Positions 1-15,152 of a stretch of 64,000 bases of DNA are shown piece after piece (within the stretch, counting starts at the first letter, position 1; the number at the start of each line of letters is the position of its first letter). Under the pieces are notes generated by a model. The model saw nothing but the letters and a program-made list of their open reading frames with translations, was not told where the DNA came from and did not search any database. The DNA is taken from NCBI GenBank assembly GCA_951406725.2, contig OX597827.1, positions 73,036,001 through 73,100,000 on the forward strand. Reading direction: 5' to 3'. The DNA is from Octopus vulgaris. Lineage: Eukaryota. The translations under genes and the position numbers were made by a program.

Positions 1-734
1 ACATACATACACACACACACATACATACATGCACACGTACATACATACACACGTACATACATACATACATACATACATACATACATACATACACACGTAC
101 ATACATACATACATACATACATACATACATACATACATACACACACACATACATACACACATACATACATACATGTATACACACATACATACACACGTAC
201 ATACATACACACGTACATACATACATACATGCATATATACATACACACACACACTCACACACACACATATGTATACTTCTGATATAGAATAAAGTTTTTT
301 GAAAAAAATTTATCCTACATCAGAAGTGAATTTATTACCATTCGCTTCGGGACTGGTGCCCACTCTACGTGAGTTTCCTGACCGATTACACGTGTGTTCA
401 GGCTTACTACAGAATTTCTGTTTGGATATATTTGGGGTACTTAAATGTACACATGACTTTGCATCTGCTTTTTCCATGGGTATATGTAAGTATCCCATTT
501 ATTTCTTATCGCGTTCTTCGCTGATAAAGGAAAAATCCTTTATGTATTAATCCCAAAATCGACCCGTTTCGGTGATATTGACATTCTAGAAAAAATTCTG
601 TTAGCTTGCTTTCCTCGTTTTCAACACGCTGTGTATTTATAGCAAAAAATATTGTATATGGTGATTGACAATATAAAGTATATTATTTCTCAGCATATTG
701 GCATAGAATTCGTTTTCTTTTGCCCCTATTTATA

Positions 735-839
<105 letters not shown>

Positions 840-918
840 CACACACACATATATATATATCCATGTATATATGTATGGATATATATATATGCTATATATA
901 TATATATGTATATATATT

Positions 919-1028
<110 letters not shown>

Positions 1029-1187
1029 TATATATGTATATATAAGTAGTTGAATGAATTATCTTAGTATGGATAATTCGGTTAACCGATACCTGGCTAG
1101 CAAATTCACGTCAGAAAAACACGGTTGAAGCTACATGCCAAGGGCAGAGATCACGTGCTTTCGTGTGGAAATTTGTATGTTTTTTTA

Positions 1188-1526
1188 ATACAAATAAATG
1201 AAAGAATGGAGTTGAACGACGATTTAACAAAATTCCTTAATTCTCGACACATGTTTCGAAGGCTGCATATTCCTAATTTCGAAGGAATAAGGGGTGCATT
1301 ATGCTGCCTTCTCATCAGGAAAAACAAGGAACTTATGTCAGCATCAAGATGAACAAAAACTTTTAGATGACTGCCCACACAGAGCCCATAGCGATAATCC
1401 TGATGAGAAGGCGGCATAATGCACCCCTTATTCCTTCGAATTAGGAATATGCAGCCTTCGAAACATGTGTCGAGAATAAAGGCATTTTGTTAAATCGTCG
1501 TTCAACTCCATTCTTTCATTTATTTG

Positions 1527-1529
<3 letters not shown>
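1188..1529. repeat. Long inverted repeat (arms 1188-1320 and 1398-1529) with a hammerhead motif in each arm
   Basis: Arms are near-perfect reverse complements with a ~77-nt spacer; abuts (TA)n. Confidence 0.92.
1395..1480 (+). ncRNA. Type I hammerhead ribozyme motif (mirror copy on minus strand ~1235-1329)
   Basis: CTGATGA 1400-1406, stem II gaaggcggcata/tatgcagccttc, GAAA 1460-1463, minimal stem III c-atgt-g, GTC triplet 1469-1471; stem I is better paired in the minus-strand copy (ttttc/gagaa). Confidence 0.75.
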
Positions 1530-1614
<85 letters not shown>

Positions 1615-1621
1615 TATACAG

Positions 1622-2625
1622 CGGAGCCCCGCAGAGTACTGTGCTGGATCCACTTCTTTTTATAGTCTATATAAATGACATTGCAGATGACTCTAAGCTC
1701 CAGTCATTAAGGGAGCATATGATCGAACAATGCTTCAATCGGACCAATGCGCAGTAACCCAGCGGGCACAAAAAACAATATGCATTTGAACGAAGAAAAA
1801 AAATTGATCTCATTCATTTTGGAAGAGAGAGTACACTCAAACAACCGTATACACTACGGTCGGGAGACCTACTTGAACCATCAGATAATATTAAAGACTT
1901 AGAAGTTACTGTCGACAGCAACTTTGGAGTGTGCACATCAACAAAAAAGTCGATATTGTCTGTAGAATGTGCTCATGGATCCTCAGAACTTTCCAATCTA
2001 GGGATCATGAAACCATCATCCTTCTCTTCTCCACATTCGCTAGGCCCCCACCTCGAATACTGCTGCCCATCGTGGTCCCCCTACAAAAAACAAGACATAA
2101 TGAGGATCGAAGCACCACAAAGATCAATCACACACAAAAAAATAAATGGAATGATGGGACTTGATTATTGGTCTCGACTTAGAACCGTTGAAGCTCTATT
2201 CTCTGCAACGCCACCGTGAACGATAATTATTTGCACCATGTGGAAAATATTTCACCAATATTATCCAAATGATATCGGTATTATGTTTACAATTCACACA
2301 AGACTAGCATCACCCCCCCCTCTGTGCAATGCGTCGCCTACAAAGGTCGAGATCATATCACATAAGAACATTGCGAAACTATTTCTGCACTGCAAATGGT
2401 CCTGGACTTTTCAATGTCATCCCCAAAGAAATTAAAGGAGAAAAAGACCCCTCAAAATTTCAAACGGTACAAATTCCTCAAGGGAAAATGCCGGATAAAC
2501 CACCTACACCTGGTTACGTCTCAACCAACAACAACTCTCAGCTTGAGTGGTCAGTGGTGTACCGAAATAATTAACTAAGAGACTTTTCCAGGTGGTGCTA
2601 TTAAGTTAGTCATAGCCTTGGCCGA
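1622..2625 (+). mobile_element. 5'-truncated, frameshifted CR1/L2-group LINE (RT C-terminus and 3' UTR)
   Basis: [21 protein letters not shown] (GVPQGSVLGPLLF motif), PHLEYCCPSWSPYKKQDI..IE.PQR, homologous to 54491-55055; starts in (TA)n. Confidence 0.85.
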
Positions 2626-2656
2626 TAATACATACATACATACATACATACATACA

Positions 2657-2690
<34 letters not shown>

Positions 2691-2691
2691 C

Positions 2692-2839
<148 letters not shown>

Positions 2840-2847
2840 TACTTGGA

Positions 2848-2890
<43 letters not shown>

Positions 2891-3572
2891 TAAAAGTTAC
2901 TTGGAAGATATAAATATATATATATGACATTACCAAACTGTTCATTGCAATCGCTAATATTCTTCTGTAGGGTGAGAAAATCTCTGATCAGTCACTGAAC
3001 CTCTACAAACCTCAAGTGCAGCCGTATCAGATTAGAGTAATGCTCTCATAAATGGGACAGTGTTGCTGTGCAAATACACACATACACACACATGAATATA
3101 TATATATATATATATGTATATACGAGCAAAACGCCCCCCGACTAATGGACGGTGCTGAATCATATCTGCTGAGGAAAAAGCAATCAATGTTTTTTTTTCA
3201 TTAAGAAATAATTAAGCATGCCTCTATTTCAATAAAATTTTGGGTTTTGTTAAACGAAGTTAAGGCAAGAAAGAAAACTTCTTGAGAAACCAAATAGTCT
3301 TTCCTTCCTTCATGCCAAGTTTGAGGAAAATATCTCTTTTGCATCTTACTTTTTTGGTCTCTTAAATATACTGCATTTTGTGGCATTATTTCAAGCCAGC
3401 CGGCTTTTTTTGCGCAAATTGCACGTGAATTTTTCTCGCGTACGCGTTGTATCGGTCGCAACAGCTGATGTACTTGCACATACAAATGCGCGTTTCCACG
3501 GCTTTATCGATCGCATTCTCACCTGGAATCGATTTTTGTAATTTTTTCAAGACTTATACACGCCCTGATACC

Positions 3573-3803
3573 TATTTCTTTATTACCCACTAGGGGCTAA
3601 ACACAGAGGGGACAAACAAGGACAGACATAGGTATTAAGTCGATTACATCGACCCCAGTGCGTAACTGGTACTTAATTTATCGACCCCGAAAGGATGAAA
3701 GGCAAAGTCGACCTCGGCGGAATTTGAACTCACAACGTAACGCAGACGAAATATCGCTAAGCATTTCGCCCGGCGTGCTAACGTTTCTGCCAGCTCGCCG
3801 CCT
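3573..3803 (-). mobile_element. tRNA-derived SINE family A, full length with 17-bp TSD
   Basis: A box gagctggcagaaacgtta, B box gagttcaaattcc, central gcctttcatcctttcggggtcgataaattaagtacc (resembles Meta-type SINE domain); TSD atacacgccctgatacc at 3556-3572 and 3821-3837. Other copies: 5337-5740 (+, dimer), 19640-19868, 22157-22375, 26893-27055, 29078-29290, 31955-32165, 48830-49225, 51375-51555, 53030-53400. Confidence 0.9.
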
Positions 3804-3939
3804 TATGATACCGTCTTATGATACACGCCCTGATACCGTCGGTATCTACATATCTGAGCGCAATCAGATAGAGGATGCCCGAGATCCTAGAAGACACACA
3901 CAGAGACAGATAGAACGGATTTTGTATAATATATATACA

Positions 3940-4224
3940 CATATGAGAGGGATGACCACTATGTGGACAACCCTTATGCTAGAAGTAGATCCGCTATGGT
4001 CTTACCGCTAAGAAATGTTCTCAAGAAAAATTTAGCAAACACCAGAACGTACATTCACATACATGTATGTGAATAATCTGTATTTTGTTACTTTTCATTT
4101 GTCTTGCTTGCTTACGTTCTGGTGTTTGCTAAATTTTTCTTGAGAACATTTCTTAGTGGTAAGGCCATAGCAGATCTACTTCTAGCATAAGGATTGTCCA
4201 CACAGTGGTCATCCCTCTCATATG
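3940..4224. repeat. Inverted repeat (arms 3940-4051 and 4113-4224), no ribozyme core recognised
   Basis: 112-bp arms with a few mismatches, 61-nt spacer, near (TA)n at ~4294. Confidence 0.9.
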
Positions 4225-4292
4225 TATATAATACAATCAATTTACTGAACTTTCAGATTTTAATATGCTAAACCACTGGTGTTAAATTGATG

Positions 4293-4380
<88 letters not shown>

Positions 4381-4769
4381 AGTGGCTGTGTGGTAAGTAG
4401 CTTGCTAACCAACATCATGGTTCCGGGTTCAGTCTCAATGCATGGCACCTTGGGCAAGTGTCTTCTGCTATAGCCCCGGGCCGACCAATGCCTTGTGAGT
4501 GGATTTGGTAGACGGAAGCTGAAAGAAGCCTGTCGTATATATGTATGTATATATGTATGTGTGTGTCTGTGTTTGTCCCCCTAACATTGCTTGACAACCG
4601 ATGCTGGTGTGTTTACGTCCCCGTAACTTAGCGGTTCGGCAAAAGAGACCGATAGAATAAGTACTGGGCTTACAAATAATAAGTCCCGGGGTCGATTTGC
4701 TCGACTAAAGGCGGTGCTCCAGCATGGCCGCAGTCAAATGACTGAAACAAGTAAAAAAAAAAATATATA

Positions 4770-4804
<35 letters not shown>

Positions 4805-5737
4805 ATGTATGTATGTATGTATGTATGTATGTATGTACATATGTATATGTATTAAACCCTCTTAGTTATAATTGTGACTTGCTCATAATTATAAAGATTC
4901 TTTTTTTAGGTATGTTAGGAATAACATGGCTGTCTGTACGAAGCAATGTTACTACCATTTTCTAACTTCAAGAGGTACAGTACTTTTCTACTTTGCGGAT
5001 TTTCACCTGTCGCAAGGTGGGGTTTGGAACGTAACACATGTGAGAGTCGAGGGATTACTGTAGTTAAACCCGAGATTTTCTTAACTAATTGTGAATTACA
5101 GAAACATTTATTTCTGTTTCTATATCCATGTCTTTTAATTGTTTTTGGGTAATTACGACTGTATTTAAGTCAAAGAAATCCGGGAATAAAAATAGAAATA
5201 TGGTAGGAGTGATTGGTCTGAAATTTTACCTTTCTAAATATTTTGTTATGTGTGGGTAAGTAGCTCGATTCGCAATCACGGAGTTTCAGGTTCAGTCTCG
5301 ATGTGCAGCACCATGGCTATACTCGTATGACATGAAGGTGGCGAGCTGGCAGACATGTTAGCGCGCCGGGCGAAATGCTTAGCGGTATTTCGTCAGTCGT
5401 AACGTTCTGAGTTCAAATTCCGCCGAGGTCGACTTTGCCTTTCATCCTTTCGGGGTCGATTAAATAAGTACCAGTTACGCACTGGGTCGATATAATCGAC
5501 TTAATCCGTCTGTCTGTCCTTGTTAGTCTCCTCTGTGTTTATTCCCTTGTGGGTAGTAAAGAAATATGCATTTCGTCTGTCGTAACGTTCAGAGTTCAAG
5601 TTCCGCCGAGGTCGACTTTGCCTTTCATCCTTTCGGGGTCGATAAATAAAGTACCAGTTTCACACTGAGGTTGAAATAATCGACTTAATCCCTTTGTCTG
5701 TCCTTGTTTGTCCCCTCTATGTTTAGCCCCTTGTGGG

Positions 5738-5795
<58 letters not shown>

Positions 5796-6189
5796 TCGTA
5801 TGACATCAGGCTTACTAATGCTTTGTAAGTGAAATCAGTTGACAGAAACTGCGTGATCCTGTCGTATATACACGCACACATACACACGCAAGCGCGTACA
5901 CACACACACACATATATATATATATATGTGCGTGTGCGTGTTCATGTACGTTTGTGCTTGTTAGCACTTGATAAGCGGTTCGGCACACACCCACACCCAC
6001 GCACACACACACACGAAAAACAAAACAAAACAAAACAGGATAGTATATCGTAATTAAAACAGGTACTGGTTTCACTTTTTCACTAGCATGGCTACTGTCC
6101 GATGGCGGAAACACTTAAAATAAAATTAGAGAGTGTAGAAATAAGTTTAGCTGTAAATAAAATTAATAAAGTGATATTTTTATACGGTA

Positions 6190-6695
6190 GTTAACTTCAG
6201 TGCGACAGTCAGGTGGCAATTCGCTCCAATTAATTTCAATGTGGCCTCGTCAGGTGGTAATTAATTTCAATGCGCTTGTGTCAGACCATAATCAACTTCA
6301 ATGTTGTCTCGTCAAATGTATTTCTTTACTGCCCACAAGGGGCTAAACATAGAGGGGACAAACAAGGACAGACAAAGGGATTAAGTCGATTACATCGACA
6401 TCAGTAAGAAACTGGTACTTTATTTATCGACCCCGAAAGGATGAAAGGCAAAGTCGACCTCGGCGGGTCTCGTCAAATGACATTTAACTGCGATGCGATC
6501 TTGTCCGGCAAATTGATTTCAATACCATCTGGTTAGACAATAATTCACTTTAATGCGACCTTGTCAGCTGGCAATTAGCTTCAATTAACTTCAATGTGGC
6601 CTTGACAGTTGGTAGCGATCTTTAATGTGGCCCAGATAGACGGTGCTTAATTTCAGTGTGCCTTTATCGTATAGCAGTTAACTTCAATATGGCCT
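6190..6695 (+). repeat. Degenerate ~32-bp minisatellite
   Basis: Recurring aattaacttcaatgtggcctcgtcaggtggc-like units. Confidence 0.75.
6319..6466 (-). mobile_element. 5'-truncated SINE A inserted in a minisatellite, 13-bp TSD
   Basis: gtctcgtcaaatg duplicated at 6306-6318 and 6467-6479. Confidence 0.9.
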
Positions 6696-7749
6696 TTCAA
6701 CTTGAAAATGTTCCCCACATCTGCCCTCTCATCTTAAGTATTGGACATACAGGATAACGTGATCCCTGATAAGTGCAAAGCAAGGGGACACATTCTTGGC
6801 TCGAAAAAAAACTTTCGATTGTAGGTTCACTCGGTAGCTTTTAATCTAGCTGCCAGCGACCTTGGGCTTTAACCTCTGAAAACAAAAAAAGGGGGGGGGG
6901 GGCACAATTTAGGGGAGAGTTACAGGTAGTTGACTAGATTCATTACAAACTCCTCCCCTTCACAATAAATTGTCCATGTGTTCTGATCTCCCCTCCCCTC
7001 CTTCTTCCTCTACTTCCTCTTCTTCCTCCTCCTCCTACCACCACCACCACCACCACCACCACCACTACTACTACTTGAGTGTTTCTAGCGAGAGATATAA
7101 ATATAAAGTTGTTTGTATTTTTAACCGTCGACCAAAGATCTCTCACCTTGTACTCATTTCCAAGCTGCTTATATACACCCCATCCACACACGCATGCACA
7201 CACACACATACATACATCCATACATACAATACAAGATACACATGCACACACACACACACACACTTACATTTATATATATATATATACACACACATATAAT
7301 ACACATTCATCCCCAAACACGCACACACGTACACATGCACGCACGCGCACACTCATATATATATATAGAGAGATGTCCTAAATCAAAAGTTATTCACTTC
7401 GTTTTGGGATTTGGTTTGCAAGATTCTTTATGTGAGTTCGTGTATTGAATCATATTTTGTCGTGTCCGGGGAAGAGTCATTCTCTTTCAGTGCCTCATTA
7501 TTTAACACACTCACCGGTTCGATTTCCACTCATTTACTTTCTATATATACTTTTGTTCTTTTGCTTGTTTCAGTTATTTGATGCGACCGTGCAGTAGCAC
7601 CGCTTTTAGTTGAAGAAATCGACCCCAGGACTTATTGTAAGCCTAGTACTTCTTCTATCGGTCACTTTTGCCGAACCGCTAGTGTTACGGAGAAGTACAC
7701 ACACCAGCATCGGTTGTCAAGCAATGATGTGGGGACAGACAGACAGACA

Positions 7750-7800
<51 letters not shown>

Positions 7801-8697
7801 ACACACACACACATACACACACACATATATATATATACGACGGGCTTCTTTCAGTTTCCGTCTACCAGATCCACTCACAAGGCTTTGGTCGGCCCAAGGC
7901 TATAGAAAAAAGATACTTGCCCAAGGTGCCACGCAGTGGAACTGAACTCGGAACCATGTGGTTGGTAAGCAAGCTACTTGCCCCACAGCCACTCCTGCGC
8001 CTACTTATGTTTTCCTAAAATTTCTCTTTGCGTCTTGCAACCTTTTCGAAGTTAGGAAAAATATATAACGAAATGAAGGGAAACTTTACCGGTGAATGTG
8101 TTAAATAATGAGGCACCAAAAGAGAATGACCCTCCCCAGACACAGGAAAAGGAATTCGGTTTGACTCTTTTTGCTCAGGGAAACAATTGTTGCATCTGTT
8201 TCTGTATTTGTACAATGTGTTCAATGCTACTTTACATGTACTACATCTGCAGTTTTACATTAAGCAAAACACGCTGCCGACTGTGTTTCTGTATATGTAT
8301 GCATGTATGTACGTACGTACGTATGTATGTATGTATGTATGTATGTATGTATGTATGTATGTATGTATGTATGTATGTATGTATGTATGCATGTATGTAC
8401 GTACGTACGTATGTATGTATGGATCCATGCATGCATATATGTATGTATGTTTGTATGCATATATGCAAGTATGTATGTATGTTTGTATGCATGTATTCAA
8501 GTATGTATGTATGCATGTATGCATGTGTGTATGTATATATGTGTGGATGGATGCATACATGCATGTATATATATGTATGTATGGTTGGATGGATGGATGC
8601 ATGCATGTATATATATATGTATATAAGTTTGTATGTATGTATGCATGCATGTATATATATATATATATATAAGTTTGTATGTATGTATGTATGCATG

Positions 8698-8733
<36 letters not shown>

Positions 8734-8974
8734 TATGTATGTATGTATGTATGTATGTATGTATGCATGCATGCATGCATGTATGTATGTATGTATGTAT
8801 GTATGTATGTATGTATATGGAGGTTCTCTGCCGATCGACGGCAAGTAATCAATAGTTTAATCAATAATTTATCAATCATCAATTATTTTAACTTCTGCCG
8901 ATTAACTAAAAACTATGCATGCACTCATGTTTTGAGTTCAATCTTTCTGCTTGTATTACCAAGACAACCTTACG

Positions 8975-9030
<56 letters not shown>

Positions 9031-9040
9031 AATATATATG

Positions 9041-9361
<321 letters not shown>

Positions 9362-9634
9362 TCAAGTGTGTTTATATATAGATATCTTCTAATCAAACCT
9401 ATAATCAACCATAAATATCTGTTTACGACCGATTTTTGGCGGATTCACTGTTCATATTCCTGACCTTTATACCCATACACACATATGTTCTTAGGTACAA
9501 AGATACTCACAACGGACACAAACAGAAAACATATATATATGTATGCATTTGTCGATGTATGATTGCTTCCTCACGTTTGTATACTGTTTCAACCTCAATA
9601 AATGTGTGTATGTAAGTATACATACCTGTATACA

Positions 9635-9669
<35 letters not shown>

Positions 9670-11249
9670 CTGATCACTGTGACCGATCAGGCTATCAGAT
9701 GTTAATCGCTGGTCACAATGCGCTTCGCATTGTTTTAGCGTTCAAATGACGCCACCTCGCTGGCTAAGCGAGCAGGCCAATAGAAGAAAGAGTGAAAGCT
9801 GTGGAGAAAGAGTTCAGTAGGGACCACCACCAGCCCCTACCAGAGCCTCGTGGAAACGAAACCGCGATCCTACAACGGCAAGTCCGCTGCGCTAACCACT
9901 GGGCCGTATATATATATATATATAAATATATATACGTTGGTTGTCTACTCCTTATGTAGAGTCTGACCATTTCTTGTACTTATGCCTTAGATCCATCATG
10001 GCGTGTAATGTGGCTTTTTAAACGAAACCTTGTATTGAAAAGACAACCTCATAAATTGCATATCTGATTTGGACCACCAAGAGCTGCAGTTAAGTTCTGA
10101 TCTTTGTGGATCGTAAAATGTCTTTTGGGGAATGTTAGATTTACAGACCTTATGGTATACATGGCGTTGAAAGGTGTGCACATATATTTAGGCAAAGTAG
10201 TTGGTGGGGGTTCGTTTTTCATGGGTCGCAAATGAGAATGTGCAAAAACCTTCAGATGCCAATTTTAACAAGGGGTCAGAAAGGCTTTTCTGCACTTATT
10301 ACATGTGAATTAAAATAATATTCCCTTGATATAGTTGTGCTCTCTGAAACTCGTCTCTCCGGTGAGGGTCAAATAAATATATTTGTGCATATATATAGAT
10401 ATATTTTCTTTTACTTCTTTCGGCCATTTGACCGTGGCCATACTGGAGTACCGCCTTTAGTTGAACACATTGATCCCATGACTTATTGTTTGTAAGCCTA
10501 GTATTTATTCCATCGGATCTCTTTTGCTGAACCACTAAGTTATGGGTACATAACACACCAACATCGGTTGTCAAGCGATGGTGGGGGACAAACAGACACA
10601 AACACACAAATATATTCATATATATATATATACGACGGGCTTCTTTCAGTTTCCGTCTACCAAATTCAATCACAAGGCTTTGGTCGGCCCGACGCAGTGG
10701 AACTGAACTCGGAACCATGTGGTTGGGAAGCAAGTGTAAAGAGGTATGCCATTCAATGTTTTATTGGACATACACGCGTTTCAACAAAATGCCGAAATGA
10801 TTACACAGTTGCTGAAGAAACATTATGCGGTCTTGTACCTCACCTTATCAATGTCTTGCACACTATCCTATCTGGAACTTGATGCTCCGGTTGGTGCGCA
10901 TTTCTGTTTTTCTGAAATCATTCATCAAAAATAATAACTGGAGTGTGGGTGATAATAAAATTTAAAATCTGTCAGCTAAATCAAGAGAGATTTAAGGGAA
11001 AAAATGGAATACATTATAACATGTAGTGATATCAAACAGCATAAACACTCATAAGGATATACACATAGGCAATAGAAATACGGATTGACGTATATATGAA
11101 AAAATATATGAACACACAAGCAAGAGCATAAGGATATAGTCATTACACTTGCACGCAGATACATGTCTGTAAACATATTTACGTATGGCTGTGTGGTCGA
11201 CCAAAGCCTTGTGAGTGGATTTGCTAGACGGAGCTGAAAGAAGCCCGTC

Positions 11250-11321
<72 letters not shown>

Positions 11322-12585
11322 TTGTAATGCAAAGGGTGGGGGGCAACTGCAAAATTCCAATTGAATAAACACAACGGGAGGGTTTACTTTAGTTATTGAA
11401 GTTTTGTTCTTATCCTTTCATGGCAAGAATAATCATTAAAGAATAATCTTTAATAGATTTTTCTCTTCATTATGGCTTTAATCATGTTTGATTAAAAAGC
11501 TTAAATGTTGACCTTCACTTAACATCTCCGGAAATTGATGTGATTAGCTGAAGATGATGTCATTTGACTTCGACTTACTAACACTTGCCGTACTGTGACC
11601 TCTGACGTAATAGACACCAGTCATGTAACACGCTGACAATTACTGTACACATAAATTATCTTTGCTCCAACAACGTGACCGATCAGAGGCCAGCGTAGAA
11701 GACTGTATCTGATCATTTGACCTGCTAGAAGCAGCAGCAAAATCTCCGTCAAATCCCACCCTACTGTCTTAAAAAGTGAAAAACAAATTAGACAATGTAG
11801 CCCAATGGTTGAAAAAGGTAAAATGGCCATTGTTGGAATACCTTTGGTTCTAGGTCCGCTTGATCGAAACTACAAAATGATTACGACCTTTGCAAGTCTG
11901 GTCTGCAGTCTACTTCTATCCTACCACAGCTTTATACACAACTTATACGTCAATCCCTTCACATCTGAACATGTTTTATTAAACCGCAAACAAGTGTGAC
12001 CATGTTCCATTGCTCTCACCCTGTCTCTCCTCACACTTTTGTATTATTTAGACAGAAAAGCACAAAGTGGTGCTCATAGGTTTCACAGGTTGGTACTGTT
12101 CAGGCAATTGAATGTTGATCATCTTGAACTTCAGCTAGTCGTTCACAATCGGGGCCAACATGACGCTTACGGGTCTACATAAGATCTTGTTGTTAAAATT
12201 TATGTACAATAAACTGGTTATACTTCAGAAGAGATATTTGAATTATTTTTAATACAATTCCTAATAATATTTAATGATAAAAATGGGATTTTTTAAAGCA
12301 TCAAATGGCTACTAGGGTCCACAGGAATAAAATAGGAATCAAAAGGGTTTATAGGAGAACCACTGAACTAGATAGTAGTCGTAGGGAATCGAGTGAAAAG
12401 GATTGGGTTAAATATGTACTTTGTATAGGGTTTGGGTTCGGGGTGACACAGAGGTACTAGGTGAAGGTGATACAAAACTTTCTACTCCACAGAAACAGGA
12501 ACCGCTGTATAAAGGCAGAAGACGGAAAGACGCAGCAGCACGAGGCTGCAGTCTGTAACAGGGTGAAGATTTACCTTCTGTTATA

Positions 12586-12836
12586 CAGGGTGTTCAAAAG
12601 GTCTCTCCGCTGTAAGTATTTTCTTCGGCAAATAAATATTTATAAGATGGTATAAGACGAAAAAAAAATATATTATACTTTACAAAACTTTAAAAAACTT
12701 TATAAGAAGTGTTGAAAGTATCGTCCTTTATTTTCATTACGTAAGATGACTCATCTAAAAAAAGTTGACTCTTCTAAAATACTTAGGTTAACTCTTCTAA
12801 AAAAATTCTCTGCGGAGAGACTTTTTGAACATCCTA
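12586..12836. mobile_element. Tc1/mariner-type MITE
   Basis: TIRs cagggtgttcaaaaggtctctccgc / gcggagagactttttgaacatccta, TA flanks, AT-rich interior. Confidence 0.8.
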
Positions 12837-12839
12837 TAT

Positions 12840-13285
12840 AAGTGAATGTTTGCGTTACGTTAGATGAGCGAAAGTTTAAATCTAACTAGGTGAGTGAAGG
12901 AATACTTGTCACTAGATGAGTGAAGGTTATCTCTCATTGTGTGTGTGAAAGCTTATATTACACTCTGTAATAAAGATCTGTCTCTTACTAGGTGAGGGAA
13001 GGCTTATGTTTCACAAAGTGAGTGAAGGCTTATCTCTCATCTGGGGAGTGAACGTTCATCTTTCACAAAGTGAGTGAAAGTTTACCGTTTATTAGATGAA
13101 TGATAGTCTATCTCTTCCTAGATGAGTTAAGAGCTCTCACTTGGTTAGTGAAGGTTATCCCCTACGAAGTTTAACACCTACGAGGTGAAAGAATCCTCAA
13201 TATTCATTGGTCAAATGAAGGTTTGCTGTCTACAAGGTGAATTAACGTTTATCTCTCACCAGATGAGGGAAGGTTTACTACTAAT
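12840..13285 (+). repeat. Degenerate ~25-bp minisatellite
   Basis: Recurring tagatgagtgaaggtttatctctcac-like units. Confidence 0.75.
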
Positions 13286-14583
13286 TAGGGGCCAGTGTTC
13301 TGGTTTCTTTGGTGGATATATATTCCTCCTGGACAGGACTCCGGCCTGTTACAGGATTATTCATTTTTGTCAGCTGAGTAAACTAGGGTAATGTGAAATG
13401 AAGTGTTTGCTCAAGAACAAAACGCATCACCCGGTCCAGGAATCGAAACCGCAATCTTACGATGATGAGTCTAACATCCTAACCACTAAGACATGCGCTT
13501 CCACACCTATGAGGTGAGTGAAGGTTTAATGTCTTCTAGCCTTTAGTCATTTCTATTTATTGATAAATGCCTATATTTTGTCTTCAATCACTTCTACGAA
13601 AGAAAACAAATGGAATATTATTGTAATTACTATACTTATTATCATTAATTCATAAACTTCAGCCAAACATCTCCTACACGCATCCCAGCTTCAGGAATGC
13701 TTTGAGCAGTGACCTACCTCGTCAATCTAAGTAATAAGAAAAGGAAGACGTAATGGCACCTTACAGACTGACGTCATTTATGCAATTAATATCAAGCTAT
13801 TCTAATGCTAAACCAGACGCATCAACTCCAAAGAATAAAGCTCAGCGTTGACACACCATCATTGCGTTTCGCATACATACTGCTATCACGTGTGTATGTG
13901 TGTATGTATGTATGTATGTATGTATGTATGTATGTATGTATGTATGTATGTATGTATGTATGTATGCATGCATGTATGCATGCATGTATGTATATATATA
14001 GGGACATGCATATACATATTTATATACGCATGTGCATGTATATGTATATATACATATATGTCTGTCTACATACATATACACACACACACATATATATATA
14101 TGCATAGATATATGTATGTGTGTATAGTTAAATAGATAGCTACATGCATACATACATACATACATACATGCTTGCATACATACTTATATAAAAGTAAACC
14201 ACTACATAGGCGTTAAAATCCTCAAGATTCCGATATCAACTAGAAATCTCTAGAAATATGGAAGAAAAGATAAAGGAGTTGGAGATCTGAAATCAGTGTA
14301 AACAGCCTTGAAATGTCCTATAGTCTCTCACAGACAACACTCGCTAAATAACAACAGCAAAAATATATAAATTGCAATGAAGAGCACGGTAAGAATCACC
14401 GATGAGAATTAAGAAGCTCCAGCATCAAAATTCGAAATTACCGGTGATCTGGCTATATCTGCTGTTGTAGGGAGCTTAGCTCCCTTGTCAATCATTAAGG
14501 TAGTTCTATGGCTATTGAGTTGTTTTGACTCTTATTTCTAGCAATACTGGTACTACTTAGTACCATCTGTTCTGTCACTTTAG

Positions 14584-14621
<38 letters not shown>

Positions 14622-14640
14622 AAGAAATTGGAGATGTGTG

Positions 14641-14677
<37 letters not shown>

Positions 14678-15028
14678 GAGACAGGGTTAGTAATTTTTAA
14701 GTAGTAGGTTGCAAGGCTGACATTGTCTTGGCTTAAAGTTTTTTTGGGAGATATGCAAACTTATTATAGGATTATATACATTTGGCGAAGTGCGTGAAAT
14801 ATGAATAGTACCTGTGTTTACAAGAATAAATAACATCACAGAATCATAATCGTTTCCATTCTGTATAAGTCGCATTTCTTTTATATATATGCATAAGTAG
14901 CTGCTTTGTATTAAATGTATTTAACACATTTTGAATACTGACCTGCCTAACTTGATTGTCCTTACATTTACTCCCCTACCTGCACAAACAGTACGAGGTA
15001 TATTCTATACAGAGAATACCTGTCGCTA

Positions 15029-15100
<72 letters not shown>

Positions 15101-15113
15101 GTCTATCTATCTG

Positions 15114-15152
<39 letters not shown>

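Noticed and set aside
14395-14450. Hammerhead motif CCGATGA-gaatt/aattc-GAAA
   Set aside because: No valid stem III/UH site; at best a decayed relic (same for half motifs at 556-578, 43140-43180, 55465-55520, 63712-63765)
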